DNA of 64,000 nt from Mycobacterium kyogaense (GCF_036946525.1 NZ_JAQIIY010000019.1:45458-109457); one strand, 5' to 3'; shown: positions 1-8,512, counted from the first letter of the stretch. Numbers and translations are program-made. The notes: a model not told the origin generated them from the sequence alone.

Positions 1-1
1 C

Positions 2-298
2 ACCGAGGGCGGCCTCGACATCCACACCTCACCGGTCATCGCGCTCGTCGTGGAGTCGTCGTGCACCTACAGTGCCCCGGCCGCCTACCCGGACCAACTC
101 CGGGCGGGCCTGCGCGTCGATGCGATGTCCCGACGCTCGGTCACCTGGGGTGTGGCGATCTTCGGCGCCGACGACACGGCGGCGCTGGCCCACGGCCGCT
201 TCGTGCACGTGTTCGTCGACCGCGAGCAGCGCACGGCGGTGCCGATTCCCGAGGCGATGCGTGCTGCGCTGGAAACTATTGCCGCACAGCCGCAATGA
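2..298 (+). CDS. hotdog-fold (4HBT-type) acyl-CoA thioesterase, 3' portion; 5' end lies outside the window
   Basis: Frame is open from the window edge to TGA 296-298. The tail ...VTWGVAIFGADDTAALAHGRFVHVFVDREQRTAVPIP... resembles YbgC/4HBT thioesterases. Confidence 0.6.
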   Translation, partial: TEGGLDIHTSPVIALVVESSCTYSAPAAYPDQLRAGLRVDAMSRRSVTWGVAIFGADDTAALAHGRFVHVFVDREQRTAVPIPEAMRAALETIAAQPQ

Positions 299-947
299 GC
301 TCGGCCACCTGCTGCGCAGCGAGCAGTGCGGACGGGTCGTCCGACGGCGCGTAGCGGTCGGCGGCGGCGTCGTAGCAAGCCCCGGCGATCCCGCCGTGAT
401 CGGTGTCGAGTTCGACCACGCGCACAGGCCACCCGGCGGATTCCAGCCGCTGGGCGAACCGACGGCTCACCTCCACGCCGACGACGTCGTCGGCACGGCC
501 GTGCAGCAGCGTGAACGGCGCGCCGGCAACGGCTCGCGGGAGCGCATCAGCCGGCGGTACCCCGCTGATCGGATCGGCCACCATGAACGCGCCGGCCAGG
601 CACACCGTGTGCGCCAGTGACACGTCCAACTCGTCGGCGTGCAGTGTCAGGCCCGCAGCCGCAGCACCCCCGAGCGACCATCCGACGAGCGTGAGCCGAT
701 CCGGGGCGGCCGCCCAGTCACGCACGCAGTCGACCGACGCCAGCAGGTCCGACCGGCCGTGATCGGGTGCATGCGAATTCCAATCCGGCGCCACCACTCC
801 GAAGCCCCACTCGACGAGCGCGGTGGCCAGCCGAGCGACGGTGGCACGGGCGTCGGTCTGGGTCCCGTGCCACAGCAGCAGTGGCGCATCGGCCGGCTCA
901 CCGTAGATGTCCGCGTGGCGGCCCGGTGCGTACTCGATGGTGTCCAT
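276..947 (-). CDS. alpha/beta hydrolase
   Basis: GWSLGG nucleophile-elbow motif and C-terminal ...LDTDHGG... His region. Start placed at MDTIEY (947) to avoid overlapping nei; the longest ORF alternative starts at 1004. Confidence 0.75.
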   Translation of the reverse strand: MDTIEYAPGRHADIYGEPADAPLLLWHGTQTDARATVARLATALVEWGFGVVAPDWNSHAPDHGRSDLLASVDCVRDWAAAPDRLTLVGWSLGGAAAAGLTLHADELDVSLAHTVCLAGAFMVADPISGVPPADALPRAVAGAPFTLLHGRADDVVGVEVSRRFAQRLESAGWPVRVVELDTDHGGIAGACYDAAADRYAPSDDPSALLAAQQVAELIAAVRQ

Positions 948-979
948 GACGCTCGGGTGCCCACCGCGGCCCATTCGAT

Positions 980-1768
980 TCATCTCTGACAGGTCGGGCA
1001 CCACCAGGTGCGCCTGCGCTCCGGATCTCCCGCCACCTCAGCGACCACCCGCACCGTCGTCCCGCAGCGCAGGCACGGACGTCCCGCGCGCCCGGCCACC
1101 CAGTGCTGCTCGCCTTTGCGTCGCACCCCGGTCGTCACCTGCATCGCGCCCGGCACCGTCGCGGAGTGGCGCAACGCCCGCGCACCCAACTCCAGCAGCG
1201 CGGCGACGTCGACCTGTCCGACCGGTGTCCACGGATCGTGCCCACGCAGGAAGCACAGCTCGTTGGCCCACAGATTGCCGAACCCGGCGACGCACCGCTG
1301 GTCGAGCAGGACGGCGACCAGCGGTCGCTGCGGGTCGGCGCCGACGCGCCGGGCTGCCTCGTCGAGATCCCAGTCGTCGCGCAGCGGATCGGGTCCGAGG
1401 TGGCCGACGCAGCGATCCTCGTCGGCCGTGCGCACCAGCTCGACCACCGGCAGCCTCACCCCGTAGGCGGCCGGCCCGTCGGTGCGCAGCACCACCCGGA
1501 CGTCGGGCATCACCGACCGCGGCAGCCAGCGCCCGGTCGGCGACACCGTCCACGATCCCGACATGCGCAGATGGGTGTGCAGCGTGACATCGCCGGAGAG
1601 CCGCGTCAGCAGATGCTTGCCGTGAGTCAGGTGCGCCGTCACGGTGTGGCCCGAGAGATCGTCGGTCGCGTGCGCGGGCACGCGCAGGTCGCCACGGACG
1701 AGGGTGCGGCCCCTCAGGGCGTCATCGAGGCGCCGGGCCAGCGCGTAGACGGTGTCACCCTCGGGCAC
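980..1768 (-). CDS. nei: Fpg/Nei family DNA glycosylase (endonuclease VIII-like)
   Basis: N-terminal MPEGDTV (catalytic Pro2/Glu3) and C-terminal zinc finger CLRCG...WWCPTCQ. 262 aa. Confidence 0.9.
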   Translation of the reverse strand: MPEGDTVYALARRLDDALRGRTLVRGDLRVPAHATDDLSGHTVTAHLTHGKHLLTRLSGDVTLHTHLRMSGSWTVSPTGRWLPRSVMPDVRVVLRTDGPAAYGVRLPVVELVRTADEDRCVGHLGPDPLRDDWDLDEAARRVGADPQRPLVAVLLDQRCVAGFGNLWANELCFLRGHDPWTPVGQVDVAALLELGARALRHSATVPGAMQVTTGVRRKGEQHWVAGRAGRPCLRCGTTVRVVAEVAGDPERRRTWWCPTCQR

Positions 1769-1774
1769 GCGGTC

Positions 1775-2125
1775 TCAGACGCTGCGGGATTCGCTCGCCG
1801 CTTCGCGGATGGGCCTGGTGGTCAGGTGGTCCAGCACGCCGGTGATGTCGAGCAGCCGCTGCAACTGCGCAGGCCGGCGGTCGAGGTGCAACTGCACCCC
1901 TGAGACAGAGGTCTTGCGATGAACGAGCAGGAGGCCGGACAGACCGGCCGAGTCACAGAACGTCAGGCCGGCGAAGTCGAGGCGCAGGTCGGTGACCGAC
2001 GGCGAACCGGCCAGCAGGTCCGTCACGGCCGAGACGAGCCTCGGCGTGCTCTCGTAGTCGAGGTCTCCGGCCACGGTCAGCCTGGTCGACGTGCCGTCGA
2101 AGTCGGTGCTCAGCGTGAGATTCAT
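1775..2125 (-). CDS. STAS-domain anti-sigma-factor antagonist (SpoIIAA/RsbV-like)
   Basis: 116 aa starting MNLTLSTDFDG. Conserved phosphorylatable Ser in FCDSAGLSGLL. ATGA overlap with the upstream gene at 2122-2125. The longer 366-aa ORF prefix is Arg/Pro-rich out-of-frame noise. Confidence 0.85.
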   Translation of the reverse strand: MNLTLSTDFDGTSTRLTVAGDLDYESTPRLVSAVTDLLAGSPSVTDLRLDFAGLTFCDSAGLSGLLLVHRKTSVSGVQLHLDRRPAQLQRLLDITGVLDHLTTRPIREAASESRSV

Positions 2126-3177
2126 GCAGATGCTGCCTGGTCGATCGGGGCCCTGCCGAGTGCACGGTGTGCCGCGGCGAGGAGGCGCTGGGTACGGGGG
2201 AATTCGGACAGGTGGGCGGCCAGCGAGTCGAGCGCGGGATGCAGCGACGCCGCAGGCACCCCACGGGCGGAGAGGATCTCGGCGGTCCAGGTGACGAAGT
2301 CGGTGAACAGCGCATCGTCGTCGGTGTACAACGCGGTGGCCAGGAAGTCGACGATGTGCGCGAGGTCCTCGACGGTGTGCTGGCGCTGCTGCTCGGTGTA
2401 GTCGCGCATCGCGGGAAAGCGGGTTTCCAGCTCGGTCATCGTCGTCGCGACCAGGTTGCCTGCCGCCGTGCTGACCATCGTGTACTCCTGGTCGGCCAGG
2501 TGCGGCAGGTCGTCGATGGGTTGGTGCGGCGCGCACGGCGTACGGCGCGGCACCCCGTCCGCGAGCAACGTGGCTGCGGTCCTCGCGTCGGGCGCCCACG
2601 CCTCGGCGCCCAGAAGTGTGGCGTAGCGGCCGTCGATTCCGAAGCCGGCGCCACCGGCGAGAACCGGGACTCCGGCGGCCTGGCACGCCGTGATCGCGGC
2701 GTGCGCGGTGGGCAGACGGGTCGGGATCATGCACGACAGCGCAACCGCGTCGGGGCCGTGATGATGCAGGTGCGCGATCAGATGGGGCGTGGGTACCTGG
2801 GCGCCGAGGAAGTCGACCTGCCACCCGCGCAGCCGCAGTACTTCGGCCAGCAGCCGCGCGGGCAGCGCGTGCCACTCACCGTCGACGCACGCGACCGTCA
2901 CGCGGCCCGCTGATGCCTGCGCCGACCGGCACGCACCGTGGTGCGCCAGGGCCGCGATGACCCGGTCGTTGATGGCGGTGGCCACATGCTCCTGCACGAC
3001 CGTGATCCGGTTGGCCGCCCACTCCGTGCCCACTCGACGCTGCACGGGCGCGATGACGTCGAGAAGCAGCTCCTCGCAGGGAACCCCGGCGTCGGCGGCC
3101 TCGAGAACCGCTGCTGCGGCGGCGTATTCGTCACCGTCGAGGAGCGCGGCCCACAGCCTGTCGATGGTGGTGCTCAT
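2122..3177 (-). CDS. stand-alone cobalamin (B12)-binding protein, CarH/LitR-type sensor module without a DNA-binding domain, plus a C-terminal helical domain
   Basis: 351 aa from MSTTIDRLW. W53-x9-E63H64 (EWAANRITVVQEH), E101-x-H103 (DGEWHALP), then a Rossmann-like GPDAVALSCM...GVPVLAGGAG. ATGA overlaps at both ends (3174-3177 and 2122-2125). Confidence 0.8.
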   Translation of the reverse strand: MSTTIDRLWAALLDGDEYAAAAAVLEAADAGVPCEELLLDVIAPVQRRVGTEWAANRITVVQEHVATAINDRVIAALAHHGACRSAQASAGRVTVACVDGEWHALPARLLAEVLRLRGWQVDFLGAQVPTPHLIAHLHHHGPDAVALSCMIPTRLPTAHAAITACQAAGVPVLAGGAGFGIDGRYATLLGAEAWAPDARTAATLLADGVPRRTPCAPHQPIDDLPHLADQEYTMVSTAAGNLVATTMTELETRFPAMRDYTEQQRQHTVEDLAHIVDFLATALYTDDDALFTDFVTWTAEILSARGVPAASLHPALDSLAAHLSEFPRTQRLLAAAHRALGRAPIDQAASA

Positions 3178-4589
3178 GCGGACGCCGTGAACCTCCCGGC
3201 CGTGTGCCCGTCGACCGCGCTGAGGTGAGTGCGGCGGGGCGATGTGATCGCCACGACGGCGATGTCGTCGTGAGGGCGGCCCTTCACCCATTGCGAGGTG
3301 AGCATCATGATGCGCTCGACGACAGCCTCGGCGGGCATACCGACGCACTCTCGCAGAGCAGCGGTCAACCGTGGTTCCCCGAACATCTCCGAGCCCGTCG
3401 GCCCGCCGTGTGCCTCGGTCACCCCGTCGGTGAACAGCAGGCAGGTCTCGCCAGGAGCCAGCGTGGTCTCGAAGGTGGACGACCTGATCTCGGGCAGCGC
3501 CCCGACCAGAGTGCCGCGCGTATCGGCCTCTTCCACCCGACCGTCGGCACGCACGATCAGCGGCGCGAGATGTCCGGCACTGGTCAGGCGCAGGCAGACC
3601 TGGCCGTCGCGGCGGCACACCGACGCCAGCACGAGCGTGGCGAACTTCGTGTGCTCGGCTGACAGCAGCGCACTGTTGAGTAGACGCAGCACGCCGGCGT
3701 GGTCGTCGGCCAGCGGCGCCAGCGCCTGCAGGGTGTTGCGGATCTTCCCGGTGACGAGCGCGGCCTCGAGACCCTTGTCGCAGACGTCGCCGAGCACGAC
3801 CAACGTCTCGTCCTCCGGGCTCGCCGCGGGATGCACGTCGTAGAAGTCACCGCTGACCAGGTGGTCGTCCTCGGAGGCGCGGTAGCCGCCTGCCAATTCG
3901 ATGCCGTGGAAGCGATGCAGCTGCGGGGGCAGCAGGTCCCGCATCAGCGTGCGGGTGATCGCCGCCTGCTCGCCGTAGAGGCGGGCGGCGGACAGCGCCG
4001 TGCCGGCGCGGGCGGCGAAGAGACGGGCGAAGACTTCCTCGCCGTCGCTGAACGCCATCTGCGAGGTCTGGCGCAGTAGCACCAACGCGCCCGCGGGGAC
4101 ACCGTGGCCTGGCAGTGGCGTGATGACGACGGAGCCGACGGGGCCGGAGAAACCCTCCGGAATGAGCCATTCGGGGACCGTGGCCGCATCGATCCACCGC
4201 GACGGCACCGGCGGGAATCCCCGCAGGGCCTCCGCGAGGCCGGCGACCAGCTCAGGTCCGCCCTCCACGGTGCGCTGCACAACCGTGCCGTCGGGACCCG
4301 CGCACACCAGCGAGATCTGTCGGCGCGTCGCGGGCGCCACCACGACCGCGGCGTCGGCGAGGTGCCGCGCCGCCATCCGGACAGTGGCTTCCATGCAGCG
4401 CTCGACGTTGAGCGAGGCCATCAGTTCTGTGGAGGCCTCGTCGAGGAACGCGGCGCGGTCGCGTTCGCGACCCACGGCCTCCTGGGCGAGCAGCAGGGCC
4501 TGGTCGATGTCGGTGAAGAGCCACCAGGGCGATCGCACCGTCGGGCAACCGGGTCGGTCGCGCTTCGATCTCGCGGCCGGCGACCTCAC
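3174..4589 (-). CDS. GAF-PP2C (SpoIIE/RsbU-type) serine phosphatase; the native N-terminal PAS part appears to lie in another frame (see 4252..4854)
   Basis: PP2C motifs SGDFYDV, LGDVCDKG, LLFTDGVTEAHG and DDIAVVAI. GAF-like middle region. The first ~18 codons after GTG 4589 look non-native. Confidence 0.85.
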   Translation of the reverse strand: MRSPAARSKRDRPGCPTVRSPWWLFTDIDQALLLAQEAVGRERDRAAFLDEASTELMASLNVERCMEATVRMAARHLADAAVVVAPATRRQISLVCAGPDGTVVQRTVEGGPELVAGLAEALRGFPPVPSRWIDAATVPEWLIPEGFSGPVGSVVITPLPGHGVPAGALVLLRQTSQMAFSDGEEVFARLFAARAGTALSAARLYGEQAAITRTLMRDLLPPQLHRFHGIELAGGYRASEDDHLVSGDFYDVHPAASPEDETLVVLGDVCDKGLEAALVTGKIRNTLQALAPLADDHAGVLRLLNSALLSAEHTKFATLVLASVCRRDGQVCLRLTSAGHLAPLIVRADGRVEEADTRGTLVGALPEIRSSTFETTLAPGETCLLFTDGVTEAHGGPTGSEMFGEPRLTAALRECVGMPAEAVVERIMMLTSQWVKGRPHDDIAVVAITSPRRTHLSAVDGHTAGRFTASA

Positions 4590-4854
4590 CGACGGCGGTG
4601 GCGGGCAGCCCCATGTGGGCGGCGATCAGCCAGTCGGGGGCACAGTCGAGCAGCGCCGCGCCGGGCCGGGCCGCGGGCAGCAGCGCCAGCGCGGCGGCGC
4701 TCGCGGCGCTCACGACGCCATCGGCGTCCACGACGATCACGGGGTGAGGGACCTTGGCCCAGGTGGGGTCCCAGGTGGGCTCTGCGGCGATGGTTTCGGT
4801 GACAGCGCCGACGGCCAGTTCGGGGGTAGCGTTCTTACGCACGTCAACCCCCAT
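4252..4854 (-). pseudogene. PAS-like N-terminal fragment of the phosphatase gene, separated from the GAF-PP2C body by an apparent 1-nt frameshift near 4535-4539
   Basis: Residues 1-106 (…HPVIVVDADGVVSAASAAALALLP…VGEVAGREIEARPTRLPDG) look native. After that the frame becomes Arg/Pro/Gly noise, while the other frame continues ...RSPWWLFTDIDQALLLAQ. Confidence 0.55.
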
Positions 4855-4995
4855 TCGATGTTGTTGATCACTCTACGCCGGAACAGCGCTGAAGCGATTT
4901 GCCTTGACTGCAGTGGTCGGACCACCCTGGAAGAAGTGAGCAAGGCCCCCAGCACTGCAGCTGTTCCTTCGACGGTAACGCATCATCGGCCGCGG

Positions 4996-6165
4996 ATGGG
5001 AGTTGTGACGATTCTGTCGGCTGTCGCGATCATGCTCGTCGCGGCGAATCTGCGGCCGGCCGTGGTGGCGGTGGCGCCCCTGGTCGGGGACATCAAGTCG
5101 GCAACCGGGTGGGGCAGCGGGGTCACCGGCCTGCTCACCACCCTGCCGGTGCTGGTGTTCGGCCTCGTCTCTCCGCTGGCGCCCCGGTGCGCGGCGCGCT
5201 TCGGCATCGAACGCACGGTGTTCGGAGCGCTGGTGGTTCTCGTCGTCGCCAGCGCCGTGCGGCTGGTTCCCAGCCCGTGGGCGCTGTTCGCCGGTTCCGC
5301 GCTCGCCGGCGTCGGCATCGGGATCTGCAACGTGGTCCTGCCGTCGCTGATCAAGCGCGACTTCGTTCATCATTCCGGCCTGATGACCGGCCTGTACTCG
5401 ATGACGCTGTCGGGTGGCGCCGCCGCGGCCGCGGCGCTGACCATCCCCATCGACGATGCGCTGGGCGGCAATTGGCGGCTCGCGCTGGCGAGTTGGGGTG
5501 TCTGCGCGGCGGCGGCGCTGCTGATCTGGGTGCCGCAACTGGCCCGCGTGCACCGGGTCAGCGCCGGGCGCCCCGCGGCGTCGCTGTGGCGCAATCCGAT
5601 CGCCTGGGCCGTCACCGCCTTCATGGCGTCGCAGTCGTTCATCTTCTACACATTCACGGCCTGGCTGCCCGAGGTCCTGGTGGATCGCGGCATGTCGGCC
5701 AGCAGTGCCGGCGCGGTACTGGCTCTCGGTCAGGTGGCCGGGCTCGTGATGTCGCTGCTGGCGCCGATCGTGGCGGGTCGGTTCACCGACCAGCGCGCCG
5801 TCACGCTGGCGGCGCTGGCGCTGACCGCCGTCGGGTTCGTCGGTCTGGTGACGACGACGTCGGCCCCGACGCTGTGGACGATGCTGGTGATGGCGGGCCC
5901 GGGTGCATCGATCAGCCTGGCGCTGCTGTTCATGGTCCTGCGCAGCACCTCGACGGACCAGACCAGCCAGGTGTCGGGCATGTCGCAGAGCGTCGGATAC
6001 GTCGTGGCGGCGATAGGGCCGGTCGCGATCGGCGCGCTGCACGACGTGACGGGATCGTGGACCGTCGCGATGACCGTGCTCGCTCTGGTCCTCGTTCCGC
6101 AAGCGGTCTCCGCACTGTGGGCGGCCAGGGACGTGACCATGGACGAGTACCAAAAAAGCCGGTGA
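4996..6165 (+). CDS. MFS transporter (CynX/NimT-like)
   Basis: About 390 aa of hydrophobic 12-TM-like sequence from MGVVTILSAVAIMLV. The upstream part of the 721-aa ORF is antisense to the phosphatase gene and looks non-coding. Confidence 0.85.
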   Translation: MGVVTILSAVAIMLVAANLRPAVVAVAPLVGDIKSATGWGSGVTGLLTTLPVLVFGLVSPLAPRCAARFGIERTVFGALVVLVVASAVRLVPSPWALFAGSALAGVGIGICNVVLPSLIKRDFVHHSGLMTGLYSMTLSGGAAAAAALTIPIDDALGGNWRLALASWGVCAAAALLIWVPQLARVHRVSAGRPAASLWRNPIAWAVTAFMASQSFIFYTFTAWLPEVLVDRGMSASSAGAVLALGQVAGLVMSLLAPIVAGRFTDQRAVTLAALALTAVGFVGLVTTTSAPTLWTMLVMAGPGASISLALLFMVLRSTSTDQTSQVSGMSQSVGYVVAAIGPVAIGALHDVTGSWTVAMTVLALVLVPQAVSALWAARDVTMDEYQKSR

Positions 6166-6181
6166 CCGCGAGGTCACCGGC
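6152..6181. terminator. bidirectional stem-loop terminator (A6-GCCGGTGACC-gcga-GGTCACCGGC-TTCT)
   Basis: Perfect 10-bp stem with a 4-nt loop. Read on the minus strand it is followed by TTTTTT, which serves the small ORF 6228..6371. The stem contains the TGA stop of the MFS gene. Confidence 0.75.
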
Positions 6182-6227
6182 TTCTACGGCTTCACTGGGC
6201 GTTCCCCAGCGCGTCGCTGTGCGTTCG

Positions 6228-6371
6228 TCAGCCCTGAGCGGATTCGTACCGCTCGGCGACGGCCACGAGTTCGTCGCGGATCGACGAATCGGGCAGCGAA
6301 CGGATCCGCGCGTACAGACGACGCCGATCCCTGGCGAGCTTGAGGTTGGCGCGGAACTGCGCGACAGACAT
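6228..6371 (-). CDS. small conserved-looking hypothetical protein (47 aa)
   Basis: MSVAQFRANLKLARDRRRLYARIRSLPDSSIRDELVAVAERYESAQG. Strong AAGGAG RBS about 8 nt upstream of the ATG and a hairpin plus U-tract downstream. Confidence 0.65.
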   Translation of the reverse strand: MSVAQFRANLKLARDRRRLYARIRSLPDSSIRDELVAVAERYESAQG

Positions 6372-6574
6372 GGTGCGTGTACTCCTTGTTCGGTTCCCGG
6401 GGTGCCGGGGTGCTTCGGTGTGGCCTGCGGGGCGAGGATCGCCCGCCCAGCAGGCACAACCGGACATGCTTCCGTGTTAATTCCACGTAAATCAACTTGC
6501 TGACGTGTGAGTTTGCGGACAGTGAGCGCCGTCACGCAGGAGTGTTCGGGACGGAAACGGGTAACGCCGCTGCC

Positions 6575-6703
6575 ATGACAACCGACCCAACTCGCGACGA
6601 TCCGGACCAGTCCGTCACCGATTCCGGAGAGGGCGTGCCGCCGGCCAACCCGGCCTACGCGACGCCGCCGCCCGAGGGAATGCCCGACGCCGACCGCGAC
6701 TGA
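6575..6703 (+). CDS. possible 42-aa acidic/Pro-rich ORF (doubtful)
   Basis: MTTDPTRDDPDQSVTDSGEGVPPANPAYATPPPEGMPDADRD. No clear RBS. The 3' end overlaps the convergent acyltransferase gene by ~49 nt. Confidence 0.25.
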   Translation: MTTDPTRDDPDQSVTDSGEGVPPANPAYATPPPEGMPDADRD

Positions 6704-8001
6704 GCCGCGGCGCGAGGGCGCATCGCGACGAGCAGTGCACCACCCACGAACAGTGCCGCCGCGAGCACCGGGAGGCGGCCGCCGGGCGCGAATCCCTGTG
6801 CCGACAGGACTGCCAGAGCCAAAGCGCATGCCGCGGTACCCGCGTACAGCGTTGCCTCGGCGACCACCCCCGGCAGCGGGACGGCAAGCGTCGGCATCGC
6901 GGCCGCGACGAATCGGCGTTGCCAGTGCAGCACCGCCAGCAGTGCCGCCGCGACCACCGCGAGCACCAGTTCCCACTCCAGGCGGGCCAGCCACCACGCG
7001 CCCGAGCCCAGCGGTGGTTGCGGCAGGAGCCCGGTGGGATAGCCGACGAGGGTCACGACGATCACCGGCAGCATGTGCCACAGGTACAGCGCCATCACGT
7101 TCTGGTTGGCCAGGCCGATCACCCGCGGCCAGACACCACGCGCCAGTACCCGGTTCAGCGCCGGAACCAGGGCGAACAGCACCCCGAACTGCAGCAGGGC
7201 CAGCGCCAGCAGCGCCGCCGACGGGGGTGCGCTGTTCTCCACGCGGTCGCCGGGGACACCGATCATCGCGATGGGATAGGGCCCCCACGTCACCAGCGCG
7301 GGAAGCGTCAGCGCAGCGGCCGCCGCTGTGGAGAGCAGCACACGCCGGCTCAGCAGGCCGTCATGGAACGCGATGCCGAGCTGGTAGACGGCGGCCCAGC
7401 AGAAGAAGTAGTTCGCCATGCGAATCTCGGCGTGATCCGCCGCGATGCCGACCACGTCGACGAGCACCAGGCAGATTCCTAGGGTCAGGGGCACCCGCAG
7501 CCCCCACCGCCGGTTCGCCGCGACGGCCAACGGTGTCAGCGCGACGACCATCAGGTACACGGCGAGAAACCACAGATGCATCGCGACGGCCCAACCGCCC
7601 AGTTCCAGCACCGATCCGCTGACGCCCAGCGCCAGCAGCACCGCCATCACCACCACGATGAATCCCGCATAGACGCCGGTGGGACCCAGCGTGCCGGCCA
7701 CTCGGCGCCGGATCCAGTCCTGCCTGCCCGCGGTACCCGCATCGGCGGGCAGCCGCTCCCATGATGTCGCGCTGGCGTATCCGGCGACGGCGAAGAAGAC
7801 CGGTACGACCTGGAAGAACCACGTGATCCACTGCGTCAACGGCATCAGGACCAGCGGATTGTCCCGACCGAAGGAGCCGTCGCGGTAGGTCATCACCGAC
7901 AGCAGCCAGTGCCCGATCACGACGAGCAGCACTGCGGCGGACCGGTAGAGGTCGAGCGCACCCTGGCGCGGTGCGGCTCCCGCGGCGGTGGTCTCGGTCA
8001 T
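6655..8001 (-). CDS. acyltransferase family 3 integral membrane protein
   Basis: Multi-TM protein with N-terminal ...LDLYRSAAVLLVVIGHW... typical of Acyl_transf_3. GGGAGGG RBS lies just upstream of ATG 8001; the longest ORF starts at 8058. Confidence 0.8.
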   Translation of the reverse strand: MTETTAAGAAPRQGALDLYRSAAVLLVVIGHWLLSVMTYRDGSFGRDNPLVLMPLTQWITWFFQVVPVFFAVAGYASATSWERLPADAGTAGRQDWIRRRVAGTLGPTGVYAGFIVVVMAVLLALGVSGSVLELGGWAVAMHLWFLAVYLMVVALTPLAVAANRRWGLRVPLTLGICLVLVDVVGIAADHAEIRMANYFFCWAAVYQLGIAFHDGLLSRRVLLSTAAAAALTLPALVTWGPYPIAMIGVPGDRVENSAPPSAALLALALLQFGVLFALVPALNRVLARGVWPRVIGLANQNVMALYLWHMLPVIVVTLVGYPTGLLPQPPLGSGAWWLARLEWELVLAVVAAALLAVLHWQRRFVAAAMPTLAVPLPGVVAEATLYAGTAACALALAVLSAQGFAPGGRLPVLAAALFVGGALLVAMRPRAAAQSRSASGIPSGGGVA

Positions 8002-8110
8002 CGACCCTCCCGATGCGCATGTCTCCATTCGCACGGTAGCGGAAAGGACTTCCGTCACCGATACGCGCGAAATCTGGACGAGGCGTGACGGCAGCGTCAG
8101 AATCTCACGT

Positions 8111-8239
8111 GTGACGTGCCTGCTGAGTCATCGGCGCATCGGCGTGTTGGCCGGTCTGGGTGCGACGCTGCTGAGCGGTGCGGTGTCTGCGCCCACGGCG
8201 TCGGCTGACGTGTGCATCAGCGTGAGTGGCTGTGTCTAG
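8111..8239 (+). CDS. putative 42-aa secreted pre-peptide (signal peptide plus mature DVCISVSGCV)
   Basis: GTG start. VTCLLSHRRIGVLAGLGATLLSGAVSAPTASA|DVCISVSGCV. Overlaps the next gene by 14 nt. The mature N-terminus resembles that of the next protein. Confidence 0.35.
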   Translation: MTCLLSHRRIGVLAGLGATLLSGAVSAPTASADVCISVSGCV

Positions 8240-8495
8240 GCTGCGGGCCGCGGCGGCACTGTACGGGTCGTCGGCATTGTTCGCCGCCGCGCTGGCCGTC
8301 GCGCCGGCGGCCGGTGCGGAGTGCGTCAGCTCCAACGGCACCACGGTCTGCTCGCAGGGCTCCGTGCGTGGCACCAACAACGGGCAGGGTCCCGGAACGC
8401 TCGACACCGGACCTGCGTGGCCCTATCCCTGCGACTACGACTGGTACTGCGACGACGGCGGGCTCTCGATCATCTTCTCGCCCGGACGCAACTGA
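8226..8495 (+). CDS. small secreted Cys-rich protein (89 aa)
   Basis: Signal peptide ...FAAALAVAPAAGA|ECVSSNGTTVCSQGS... with four Cys (C-x9-C and C-x5-C, PCDYDWYCDD). Confidence 0.6.
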   Translation: MAVSRLRAAAALYGSSALFAAALAVAPAAGAECVSSNGTTVCSQGSVRGTNNGQGPGTLDTGPAWPYPCDYDWYCDDGGLSIIFSPGRN

Positions 8496-8512
8496 ACGCG
8501 AACAGGAGCACC

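Noticed and set aside
4908-4960. 8-bp inverted repeat CTGCAGTG / CACTGCAG with a 37-nt spacer, between the PAS gene and the MFS gene
   Set aside because: The arms are short, the loop is long, and there is no second copy. It could be chance. It may be worth a look only if the operon promoter is mapped here.
4000-4995. 332-codon N-terminal extension of the MFS transporter ORF (4000..6165)
   Set aside because: It is antisense to the well-supported PP2C/PAS genes and low-complexity. The hydrophobic transporter sequence begins only at ATG 4996.
5930-7288. 452-aa minus-strand ORF, plus other long ORFs such as 8435..10141, 4873..6177, 16069..16944 and 35544..36749
   Set aside because: All overlap better-supported genes in another frame or strand and have the Arg/Pro/Gly bias of non-coding frames in GC-rich DNA.
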